Below, in pieces: positions 33,817 through 41,407 of a DNA stretch of 64,000 bases; positions within the stretch are counted from its first letter, which is position 1, and each line of letters begins with the position of its first letter. The stretch is taken from positions 1,759-65,758 of the forward strand of contig JAFGDO010000010.1 of assembly GCA_016932045.1 (NCBI GenBank), in the 5' to 3' direction. Source of the DNA: Candidatus Dojkabacteria bacterium. GTDB taxonomy: Bacteria; Patescibacteriota; Dojkabacteria; JAHIVN01. Position numbers and translations under genes: made by a program. The notes under the pieces were generated by a model. It did no database searches. It was given only the letters and a program-made list of their open reading frames with translations, and was not told where the DNA came from.

Positions 33817-33890
33817 GGGCGGTTAGCTCAGTTGGTTAGAGCATTCGCTTGACGTGCGAAAGGTCACAAGTTCGAATCTTGTACCGCCCA
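33817..33890 (+). tRNA. tRNA-Val(GAC), CCA not encoded
   Basis: GGGCGGT/ACCGCCC acceptor stem, D arm GCTCAGTTGGTTAGAGC, anticodon loop TTGACGT, T arm GTTCGAATC. Confidence 0.96.
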
Positions 33891-33916
33891 TGTTCTTTTC
33901 TAGATGATGCAGATAC

Positions 33917-33975
33917 GGTCGCAAGTTTCCTCCTTCGCTAAAGCTTTGTAGGACAGGCGAGTCATATCGTGCCCA
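33917..33975 (+). pseudogene. Degenerate tRNA 3'-end copy interrupted by a 30-nt palindromic element
   Basis: Removing 33928-33957 gives GGTCGCAAGTTCGAGTCATATCGTGCCCA, 22/29 identical to the tRNA-Val 3' end. Confidence 0.55.
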
Positions 33976-34036
33976 TTTTCTCTCTTCCAACTTTTCCTTT
34001 ACCCTTTTACACTTTACCTTCTATCTCCACCGCTAC

Positions 34037-34066
34037 TTGACATCGCTAGGTACCATGTGATACTAT
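34037..34066 (+). promoter_or_regulatory. Sigma70-type promoter of the PadR operon
   Basis: TTGACA-18-TACTAT with an upstream TG. Confidence 0.55.
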
Positions 34067-34075
34067 GCAGCCGTT

Positions 34076-34417
34076 TTGTCTACTCAAAATATGTCTATAA
34101 GAACGCAACTAAAAAAAGGAACTCTAGAACTCTGCATTTTAGCCCTAATATACAAGGAAAAGCGATATGGCTATGACCTTGTCTGTCTTCTTCGTGATGC
34201 AGGACTTCTCGTTGCAGAAGGGACCTTATACCCAATTCTAACTCGCCTAGGAAAAGAGGGCTTAGTTATTCATGCATGGGTAGAGTCAACACAGGGACCT
34301 CCAAGAAAATATTATGAGATAACAAACAAAGGAAGAGAGATTCTAAAAGAAGAATTAATCGAATGGGGTGACATATCAAAAAGCGTAGACAAATTAATAA
34401 ACGGTATAAAATTTTAA
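34076..34417 (+). CDS. PadR family transcriptional regulator
   Basis: QLKKGTLELCIL, YGYDL, EGTLYPILTRL, GPPRKYYEIT. Confidence 0.93.
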   Translation: MSTQNMSIRTQLKKGTLELCILALIYKEKRYGYDLVCLLRDAGLLVAEGTLYPILTRLGKEGLVIHAWVESTQGPPRKYYEITNKGREILKEELIEWGDISKSVDKLINGIKF

Positions 34418-34426
34418 TTTGAAAAA

Positions 34427-36358
34427 ATGGTTAAAAAAGAGGGATTGGGCCCAAAGGTATCCCAAAAAATTAAAAAATCCATAACAAGTTTTACCTATAA
34501 AGAATTTGACTTAGTTAAATTATTTAAATTTACAAAAGAGGCCAAAGTATCATTACAGAGCTATTTTAAAGAATTGGCAGTAATTAGGACGAATTATACT
34601 ACAGAAGAATATGAAGATATCACTTCAAGCATCAAAGAGCACTTCTATGTAGTTTTAAATGAATATAGAAAGAAGTCCAAAAAGGAACCAATAGGGAAAG
34701 ATAAAGTAGAGAAAATAATAAATGATCTTGGTGATCCGAAAGAATTTATCGAGGAAAAGGGCGGTGAAAAACTAGAAAAGACCATACGACGCGAAAAGTT
34801 TCATAAGATTGCACTTAAGGCCGTATGGGTAATCATAAAATATTCATTTCTTATACTCTTGTTCATCTGTATTTACCTGCCAATAATCTTGACGCTCTTG
34901 TCTGTAGCGATTGGCGGATTTTTTGCTTCACTTATATGGATAGTAAATCCTACTAACTTCTTCGGAGAACAAATTATTGTGACCTCCTCTCTGGGTGTGT
35001 TAACACCAATCTTTGGAGTAGGACTGACTTTTCTGGCAACTGGACTTTGCATTCTTATTTTAAATCTCATTGGACGAATCCACTGGAAAAGACCATTACT
35101 AAAACTGAGATGTCTTACATTCCTGATCATCTTATTTGGAATAGTAATCACTTTTGGCACCTTTATAACCTTCTTTATCTTAAACAGAAAAGAAGAAGTA
35201 AGTTCTGAGTCGTTTAAAGAAGAACTGAATGGAATAGACACATTAGTTGTGGATGAAATATTTGATGATTTAGAAATTGTCGGTGATCAAAGTTTGGAAG
35301 ATGAGATTTCTATCCAAATTGAGAAGAGTGCCACAGGTTATGACAGCAGGGACGCATTTAACAATTTAGAAAGCATTGATTTCTCGATTGAAAAGATAGA
35401 AAACGAAATTTTCATTTCAAGCTTCTATAATGAATCTTTACGAAGTATGTATCATTTTGAAGACCTCAATATCACTATCAAAGTACCGCGGAATTTAAAA
35501 GTCAAATTCAATAGTGAAAAAGAGGATGATTCCAGGAAGATATTCCTTATGCTTGCTCTCCATGACATCTCATCAAAGATCAAGGTGAAAAATATTACTA
35601 CTGACTTAGATATCAGTTATTCATTTGGCAACCTGGAGTTTGAAAATATTACAAATGATGAATTTAGACTTGATCACAAGTTTGGGAATACGAAGGTGAA
35701 GAATCTAAAAACAAATGACCTTTTGATACAAAAGGAAAGCGGCTCAACCTTACTTGAAGAGATTAACGTTAGAAAAGATTGCGTTTTAAACTCAAAATTT
35801 GGATCAATAGAAGCAAAAACCGTAACTGCCGAATCAGTACAAATTGATAGTAATTCTGGAAGTATCGAGTTAGCGGGGATTGATGCAAGACTATCACTAA
35901 ATTCTAAATATAGCTCGATACAGATAGATAACGTAACGGGAGATACTTACATTGATTCAAGTAGTGGGGCCATAGAAATTATCAATCTTGTTGGCGACTT
36001 AACTATTGAAACAAAATACGGGAGCACGAGTGTAAACGACATAAGAGGAAAGCTCATAGTAAATAGCTCGGGCGGATCCATTGAAATTGGAAACATGAAG
36101 GGAAGTGTAGATATAAAAAATAAGTACGGCTCGATAGAAGTCGATTTTGAAGAAGTAACCAAGAGAAGTCAGAATTTTATAACAAACTCCTCAGGATCAG
36201 TTTATGTGGCTCTTCCTCAGGAAGCATATCCGGAGGTGCGCGTTTCTTCTGATTATGGCAGTGTAAGCAATGACTTTTCAAAGGAAAGTGTAAGAGACGA
36301 CAGTCCAATCTTCGATATAGAAGTAGAGTATGGAGGTGCGGAGATAGATAGAAAATGA
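34427..36358 (+). CDS. Membrane protein with DUF1700-like N-terminus and DUF4097-like beta-repeat domain
   Basis: IINDLGDPKE, TM block, repeated S-x-x-G-S-I strands; follows PadR. Confidence 0.72.
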   Translation: MVKKEGLGPKVSQKIKKSITSFTYKEFDLVKLFKFTKEAKVSLQSYFKELAVIRTNYTTEEYEDITSSIKEHFYVVLNEYRKKSKKEPIGKDKVEKIINDLGDPKEFIEEKGGEKLEKTIRREKFHKIALKAVWVIIKYSFLILLFICIYLPIILTLLSVAIGGFFASLIWIVNPTNFFGEQIIVTSSLGVLTPIFGVGLTFLATGLCILILNLIGRIHWKRPLLKLRCLTFLIILFGIVITFGTFITFFILNRKEEVSSESFKEELNGIDTLVVDEIFDDLEIVGDQSLEDEISIQIEKSATGYDSRDAFNNLESIDFSIEKIENEIFISSFYNESLRSMYHFEDLNITIKVPRNLKVKFNSEKEDDSRKIFLMLALHDISSKIKVKNITTDLDISYSFGNLEFENITNDEFRLDHKFGNTKVKNLKTNDLLIQKESGSTLLEEINVRKDCVLNSKFGSIEAKTVTAESVQIDSNSGSIELAGIDARLSLNSKYSSIQIDNVTGDTYIDSSSGAIEIINLVGDLTIETKYGSTSVNDIRGKLIVNSSGGSIEIGNMKGSVDIKNKYGSIEVDFEEVTKRSQNFITNSSGSVYVALPQEAYPEVRVSSDYGSVSNDFSKESVRDDSPIFDIEVEYGGAEIDRK

Positions 36359-36427
36359 TCGTGGTGATCAATTCAAATCAGTAAATTTAATTACAAAAGT
36401 AACCAAATAACTTAAGTTCTATTAAAC

Positions 36428-37084
36428 ATGTTAATCCAAACAAAAAATCTGACTCTAATATATGAAAACGGCAAGAATGATGTAACTGCAGTTAACGAGG
36501 TCAACATGACCCTTCCTGAAAAAGGTTTTTTCGGAATTCTTGGTCCGTCAGGCTCAGGAAAAACTTCGCTTCTTTACCTTTTATCTGGCATAAAACGTCC
36601 GACACTTGGAACAATTATTTACAGGGGAGAAACTTTTCCGCAATCATCTGGAGCAAGAAATAAGATAAGGAAAGAGGAGATGGGATTTGTATTTCAACAC
36701 CATTTCTTGATTAATTATCTCAGTACAGAGCAAAATATCCTTATTGGAGCATCCAGACAAGATCATGAAGCCCAGGAAAGAGTCCGGGAACTTATAGCTA
36801 AACTAGGTCTAGAAGAACTAGAAAAAAGACCCCCATATAAACTATCGGGGGGACAGAGACAGAGAGTTGCAATAGGAAGAGCGTTTGCAAATGAACCCAA
36901 GGTTGTTTTTGTCGACGAGCCAACAGCTTCTCTAGACCATAAAACGGGACAGAAAGTTGTCAAATTGCTAAAGGATTATTCGAAAAATGCATGCGTACTC
37001 TCCGTTACCCATGATCCGACAATTTTAAAGGGAGCAGATGGAGTATTCAAAATGTGGGACGGGAGATTGGAGGCTGGAAGTTAG
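36428..37084 (+). CDS. ABC transporter ATP-binding protein (LolD/MacB-like)
   Basis: GPSGSGKT, GFVFQ, LSGGQRQRVAI, DEPT, VTHD. Confidence 0.93.
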   Translation: MLIQTKNLTLIYENGKNDVTAVNEVNMTLPEKGFFGILGPSGSGKTSLLYLLSGIKRPTLGTIIYRGETFPQSSGARNKIRKEEMGFVFQHHFLINYLSTEQNILIGASRQDHEAQERVRELIAKLGLEELEKRPPYKLSGGQRQRVAIGRAFANEPKVVFVDEPTASLDHKTGQKVVKLLKDYSKNACVLSVTHDPTILKGADGVFKMWDGRLEAGS

Positions 37085-37544
37085 ACGTTGGACGTGCGAT
37101 GTTAGACGTCAATCGTCAAACTTACTACTTATTACTACATTTCAAATGCAGAACTACCACAATATAAATACCTGGAAGAAATCACATAAGCTGACAATGG
37201 AACTATACAAAGTAACTTCAAGATTCCCCAAGGAAGAGGTTTATGGAATAACAAATCAGCTTAAAAGATGTTGTTCATCTATTCCTGCAAATATTGCAGA
37301 AGGATGTGGGAGAAGAACGAATAAGGACTTATTGAGATTCTGTTACATTGCACTTGGATCTGCAAATGAAACTGAATACTTTTTACTTCTTTCAAAGGAT
37401 CTTAGTTACTTGGGTACAAAAGAATATAAAGCTTTAAATGAAAAGATAAACGAAATCAGACGCATGCTGATTAATTTTATTAAGAAACTTGATCCGAAGT
37501 AGATAAAATTATTGTGAAACGTCATACGTCAAACATCTAACTTC
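37077..37544 (+). mobile_element. Four-helix-bundle cassette bounded by 27-nt imperfect inverted repeats
   Basis: 37077-37103 pairs with 37518-37544 (24 of 27 positions, counting G-U); mobility is inferred. Confidence 0.55.
37146..37502 (+). CDS. Four-helix-bundle protein (23S rRNA IVS / bAvd-like)
   Basis: WKKSHKL, FPKEEVYGITNQLKR, SIPANIAEGCGR, IALGSANE; ATG at 37146. Confidence 0.92.
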   Translation: MQNYHNINTWKKSHKLTMELYKVTSRFPKEEVYGITNQLKRCCSSIPANIAEGCGRRTNKDLLRFCYIALGSANETEYFLLLSKDLSYLGTKEYKALNEKINEIRRMLINFIKKLDPK

Positions 37545-37560
37545 TTACTCTTTAGAAAAC

Positions 37561-38739
37561 ATGTTAAAACCACTCTCAGTACTAACTTACTACCTAAAAA
37601 ATAAAAGAAAGATATTGCCTATCATAGCAATCATAGCACTCTCTATTCTTGGGATATCTGTAACTGCCGCGATATCTGACTCTATGTGGCGAACTGTGTA
37701 CCAAAGTTTAGGCTTTTTTAACGACTACTACACCGCCTCTATCTCCTTTTCCCCTGACTCAGAGCTTGGTATAGAAGAATTCAAACAACTGCACAAAGAT
37801 CTTATAAACGAAATAGAGGGCATGGATGCAAAGGAGTACTACATCGAAAGTGATATCAGAAGTATAAAAATCACAACAATTTTTGGATCAAACAACGCCC
37901 TTATACTATTCATGGACAAGAACGACCATGACAAATTCTTAGATGAAATAGACTGCAAAGTTGTTGAAGGCCGGCTACCGGAAAATACTAGTGAAGTAAT
38001 TCTTGAAAAATCGATCATGAAAAATAAAGATCTAAAGCTAGGAGATAAGATAGGATCAAAGGTAGATGAGGATGAATGGCTTGATGGTGAATATGAGGTC
38101 GTAGGGATCATAGAGTCAAATGATAAGGAAAACGAGAATATGCTTGCTGTCGGATATAAAAATGGTGAAAAGGATGAAGAAATGGCTCTTATAAGTGAGT
38201 ACCTTATTCATCCAAAAGATGGACAGGAGGAAGCATTGAATCAACAAATGCACGACCTTACAGAAAAGTACCCAGATGTTGAGATAGAAACAAAACAAAC
38301 TCTTTACAAAGAAATAGAAGAAGAGTTTAATTCTATAAATCAGGTACTTTGGGCTATGAATATTGTTGTTATTCTGACAATTACTTCTTCAATAGCTCTT
38401 CTAAATGTCATTTTTTTCATGCAAAGGGCAAATGAATTTGGTCTCCTCGCAGCAGTTGGCTATTCAAAGAGTTTCATCATAAAAAGAACACTTTTTGAGT
38501 CATTTGGAAGTATCATTTTCGGATGGCTTTGTGGAATCGCATTCTCTGAGGTCGTATATAGAATTATCAATGCACAAGTATTTGACCCAAAGGGAATAGA
38601 GGGCCTGACAATCATAAATGGTAATACTTTGCTTTTCACAGTCCCGGTTCCTGTTGCAGTTGCAATATTCAGCGCAGGAACAGTGCTGTGGAAATTATTC
38701 AAAATGGACCCGATAAGTATTATTGAGAGGCGAGACTAA
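37561..38739 (+). CDS. ABC transporter permease (FtsX/MacB family)
   Basis: N-terminal TM, periplasmic GRLP domain, QRANEFGLLAAVG, MDPISII. Confidence 0.88.
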   Translation: MLKPLSVLTYYLKNKRKILPIIAIIALSILGISVTAAISDSMWRTVYQSLGFFNDYYTASISFSPDSELGIEEFKQLHKDLINEIEGMDAKEYYIESDIRSIKITTIFGSNNALILFMDKNDHDKFLDEIDCKVVEGRLPENTSEVILEKSIMKNKDLKLGDKIGSKVDEDEWLDGEYEVVGIIESNDKENENMLAVGYKNGEKDEEMALISEYLIHPKDGQEEALNQQMHDLTEKYPDVEIETKQTLYKEIEEEFNSINQVLWAMNIVVILTITSSIALLNVIFFMQRANEFGLLAAVGYSKSFIIKRTLFESFGSIIFGWLCGIAFSEVVYRIINAQVFDPKGIEGLTIINGNTLLFTVPVPVAVAIFSAGTVLWKLFKMDPISIIERRD

Positions 38740-38800
38740 GAAATGGGAAAGTAGTGAAATAGTGAAGTAGTAAATAGTTTGACGGTTGGATGGTTGCTTG

Positions 38801-38858
38801 CTCCTGCCCTCGCCGGCAGGCCACGTAATGCGCGGCAGACGGACGCATTGTGCGGGGA
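38801..38858. repeat. Nest of GC-rich miniature palindromes
   Basis: CCTGCC-CTCGCC-GGCAGG and CCACGTAATGCG...CGCATTGTGCGG in an AT-rich background. Confidence 0.65.
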
Positions 38859-39085
38859 CGGTTTCATTGCTTCATTGACCAAATGTGCATATTTTTAATT
38901 TTTAATTGAAGATTGAAAATTGATTATTGAATATAGGTTCCTAGTTGGGGTTTATTTCGCGTACAATTATTTAATTTTTAAAAACAAGTCCATTCGCCTT
39001 ACTTCATTAATACTGCCGTTTCCTTGCTAAGCAGATCTCAAACCGGCTTTCAGTTATTAATGAAAAAGGATTAGGCTTTAAATTT

Positions 39086-39691
39086 ATGGCAAAATTCTTC
39101 AGCTGGCTTAAGATCAACTGTATCTTCTTCCTCCTCCCATTTATCTTAGTAGGAATAGTGTCAATTGTAATGCCAGATTTGATGTTGCTTTTACTTGGTG
39201 CCTGGGTAAAGGTTATTGAACTAGTTGCAAATCCACCTAAAATTGATGATAACTGCTCACGATTTCAACTTTTTCAAGAAATCTTTTTCAGGAATTCATT
39301 TTCAGCTGTAATCTGCTTTCTGGTTGGAATTGTCAATCAGGGACCAATTACAATGCTTTTTTATGGAATTTTTTATGCACTAATTATATTTTTAGCACCA
39401 GTAACAAGAGGAAGTTTGTTTTCCCTTATTGATTGGATATTTGTGGCAATGGAAATTGTAGCACTTATCATAAGCACCTCAATTGGATCATATATAGCGG
39501 GTGAATGGTTAGGTGTTGAGCCTACATTTAAGTCATTTTTCAAATACTGGAAAGAAAATTGGAAAAGATTCTGGCCAAAGGGAATTATCTCATTTAAGGA
39601 AGCAATACTAAAAACAAAAATGGAATTAATATTCGCAATAATCATAGCTCTTATTCTTCTTATATTGAGCGCAGCTATAGAAGTTTTATAA
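39086..39691 (+). CDS. Membrane protein (SpoIIM/DUF95-like)
   Basis: IFFRN, MEIVA, SAAIE motifs; multi-TM. Confidence 0.65.
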   Translation: MAKFFSWLKINCIFFLLPFILVGIVSIVMPDLMLLLLGAWVKVIELVANPPKIDDNCSRFQLFQEIFFRNSFSAVICFLVGIVNQGPITMLFYGIFYALIIFLAPVTRGSLFSLIDWIFVAMEIVALIISTSIGSYIAGEWLGVEPTFKSFFKYWKENWKRFWPKGIISFKEAILKTKMELIFAIIIALILLILSAAIEVL

Positions 39692-39846
39692 GTAAAAAAT
39701 AGCAAAATGACCGCTCTTTGGAGCTTCCTTTTGCAATCCAACCAATACGAAATAAACCATGAACTTACCAAACTGTACTTTTTCTGTATAGAAAAACTCC
39801 TAAAGATCTGATACAATATTTCATCAATAATATTATTCTACCAAGC

Positions 39847-40698
39847 ATGACAAAGAAAAAGACAATAGAGATTGGACCTGCATTAAAGTACTTCTTTCAA
39901 CTTCCTGACTGGAAGATGAGAACCGTATGGGTTGGAGGAGTCCCCTTGCTTGTAATTACGCTGATATTTCTTGAAGCTTTCTTCATATTCTTTTCATACA
40001 TAGGGCTGTTAATATGCACTATTTTTATGTCAGTTACACTAGTACTCCTCTTTATCTACAATTTAAATCTAAATGGGTATAAGTATGAACTAATTAAAGC
40101 TATATCTGAAGGGAAAGACTCTTCTAAAATAGCGCTTCCAAATTCGTTCTCTTCTCAAAGGATAAAAACAGGACTTGTGTTTTTTATAAGTAATTTTATC
40201 TATTCTTTGCCAGCTCTGATCTTGTATGTTCTTACAATGTGTCTCTTCTTTATCCCCATTTTAGTCCTGGATTCTGGGCAGATGAGTGAAGCAATGACTG
40301 ATGACACAGCTTGGACAACAGGAGACACGATAATATTCTTTGGAATAATCATTTCTTTTATTCCGGCAGGGATTGCACAGATTTACATGATGATACAACA
40401 ATTCTTCCTGCAACCCGCCTGTTACCGGCAATTCATTGTAAACAAAGATATTTCCGCCTTTTTTAGTTTTAAGGAGATTTTCAAATTCATCAAGCAAAAT
40501 ATTGTAAATATGTTCCTTTACCTTGGTATATTCTGGGGAGTAATCTTTATCCTAAACTTTGTAAATTCTTTCCTTTCACTGACCATTTTTATTTGTATAG
40601 GCATTATAATCTATCCGATTTTTATAGCCGTCTACAGCGCATACTTCCATCACCTGCAGGCATATATGATTGGGGAAATTATCAGATTGAGCAAGTAA
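39847..40698 (+). CDS. DUF4013-like membrane protein
   Basis: ALKYFF, LNGY, LP, AFFSFKEIF; multi-TM. Confidence 0.65.
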   Translation: MTKKKTIEIGPALKYFFQLPDWKMRTVWVGGVPLLVITLIFLEAFFIFFSYIGLLICTIFMSVTLVLLFIYNLNLNGYKYELIKAISEGKDSSKIALPNSFSSQRIKTGLVFFISNFIYSLPALILYVLTMCLFFIPILVLDSGQMSEAMTDDTAWTTGDTIIFFGIIISFIPAGIAQIYMMIQQFFLQPACYRQFIVNKDISAFFSFKEIFKFIKQNIVNMFLYLGIFWGVIFILNFVNSFLSLTIFICIGIIIYPIFIAVYSAYFHHLQAYMIGEIIRLSK

Positions 40699-40954
40699 TA
40701 CTTTGATCTAAACAATCTAGGAGATCTAGTGATCAAAAAAGGTCGATTGGATCGTATAGATCGATTTAATCGACTTAATCATCGATCATCTGAATAGATA
40801 AACAGTAATGTTGTTAAAATTGATAGGCTCGAATAGCGATTAGCAAGAAGCGAAGAATTGTCGTATGGTTGTATAGCTGGAGGCTGAAAGCTTATAGCTA
40901 AAAGCTAAAAAGCTAACAGCCAATAGTTATGAGATATTGGATCATTTCAACCGT

Positions 40955-40983
40955 TTGACTTCCGGATTCATTGCGAATATAAT
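40955..40983 (+). promoter_or_regulatory. Sigma70 promoter for the T-box/thrS transcript
   Basis: TTGACT-17-TATAAT. Confidence 0.8.
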
Positions 40984-40989
40984 TCTTAT

Positions 40990-41207
40990 CGACAGTGAGG
41001 AAGAGGTCTAGTGAGACTCTTCCATTTTTCAAAATTACCATAAAACTGAATATTCCACATAAAGAGTGCTCAGCTTGCATTGCTGAGAAATAAGAGTGGA
41101 ACCACGGTTTATCCTGCCTGCGATGAGCAAAGTAGAATAAAGCTTGTCGAAGGAAAATTCCGCCTCTAAACATTAATATTATTAGTGTTTAAAGGCGGGA
41201 TTTTTTT
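40990..41207 (+). ncRNA. T-box riboswitch leader of thrS with atypically short 5' domain
   Basis: Stem III CTCAGC/GCTGAG, T-box AAATAAGAGTGGAACCACG (UGGAACC at 41097-41103), overlapping antiterminator/terminator at 41156-41207 with U tract. Confidence 0.85.
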
Positions 41208-41407
41208 AGTATAGTCATACTGTTAAACAACTTCACAACTAGAGGTCTATGTTTAGGATTAATAAATAGAAATATGTTGTTTATGCAAAATATTACTATA
41301 GAAATGAATACAAACTCTACAGCATCTAGAACTACAACCCCCTAGGGGGTAACATTTATATTCCTAATTTTATAATTTTTCATTTTACATTTTTAGTTTT
41401 TCTTAAC

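Noticed and set aside
37038-37145. N-terminal extension of the four-helix-bundle ORF
   Set aside because: It is translation of the heptamer repeat arm and overlaps the ATPase; the family start fits ATG 37146.
40913-41173. 86-aa minus-strand ORF
   Set aside because: It is antisense to the promoter and T-box leader, which explain the sequence better.
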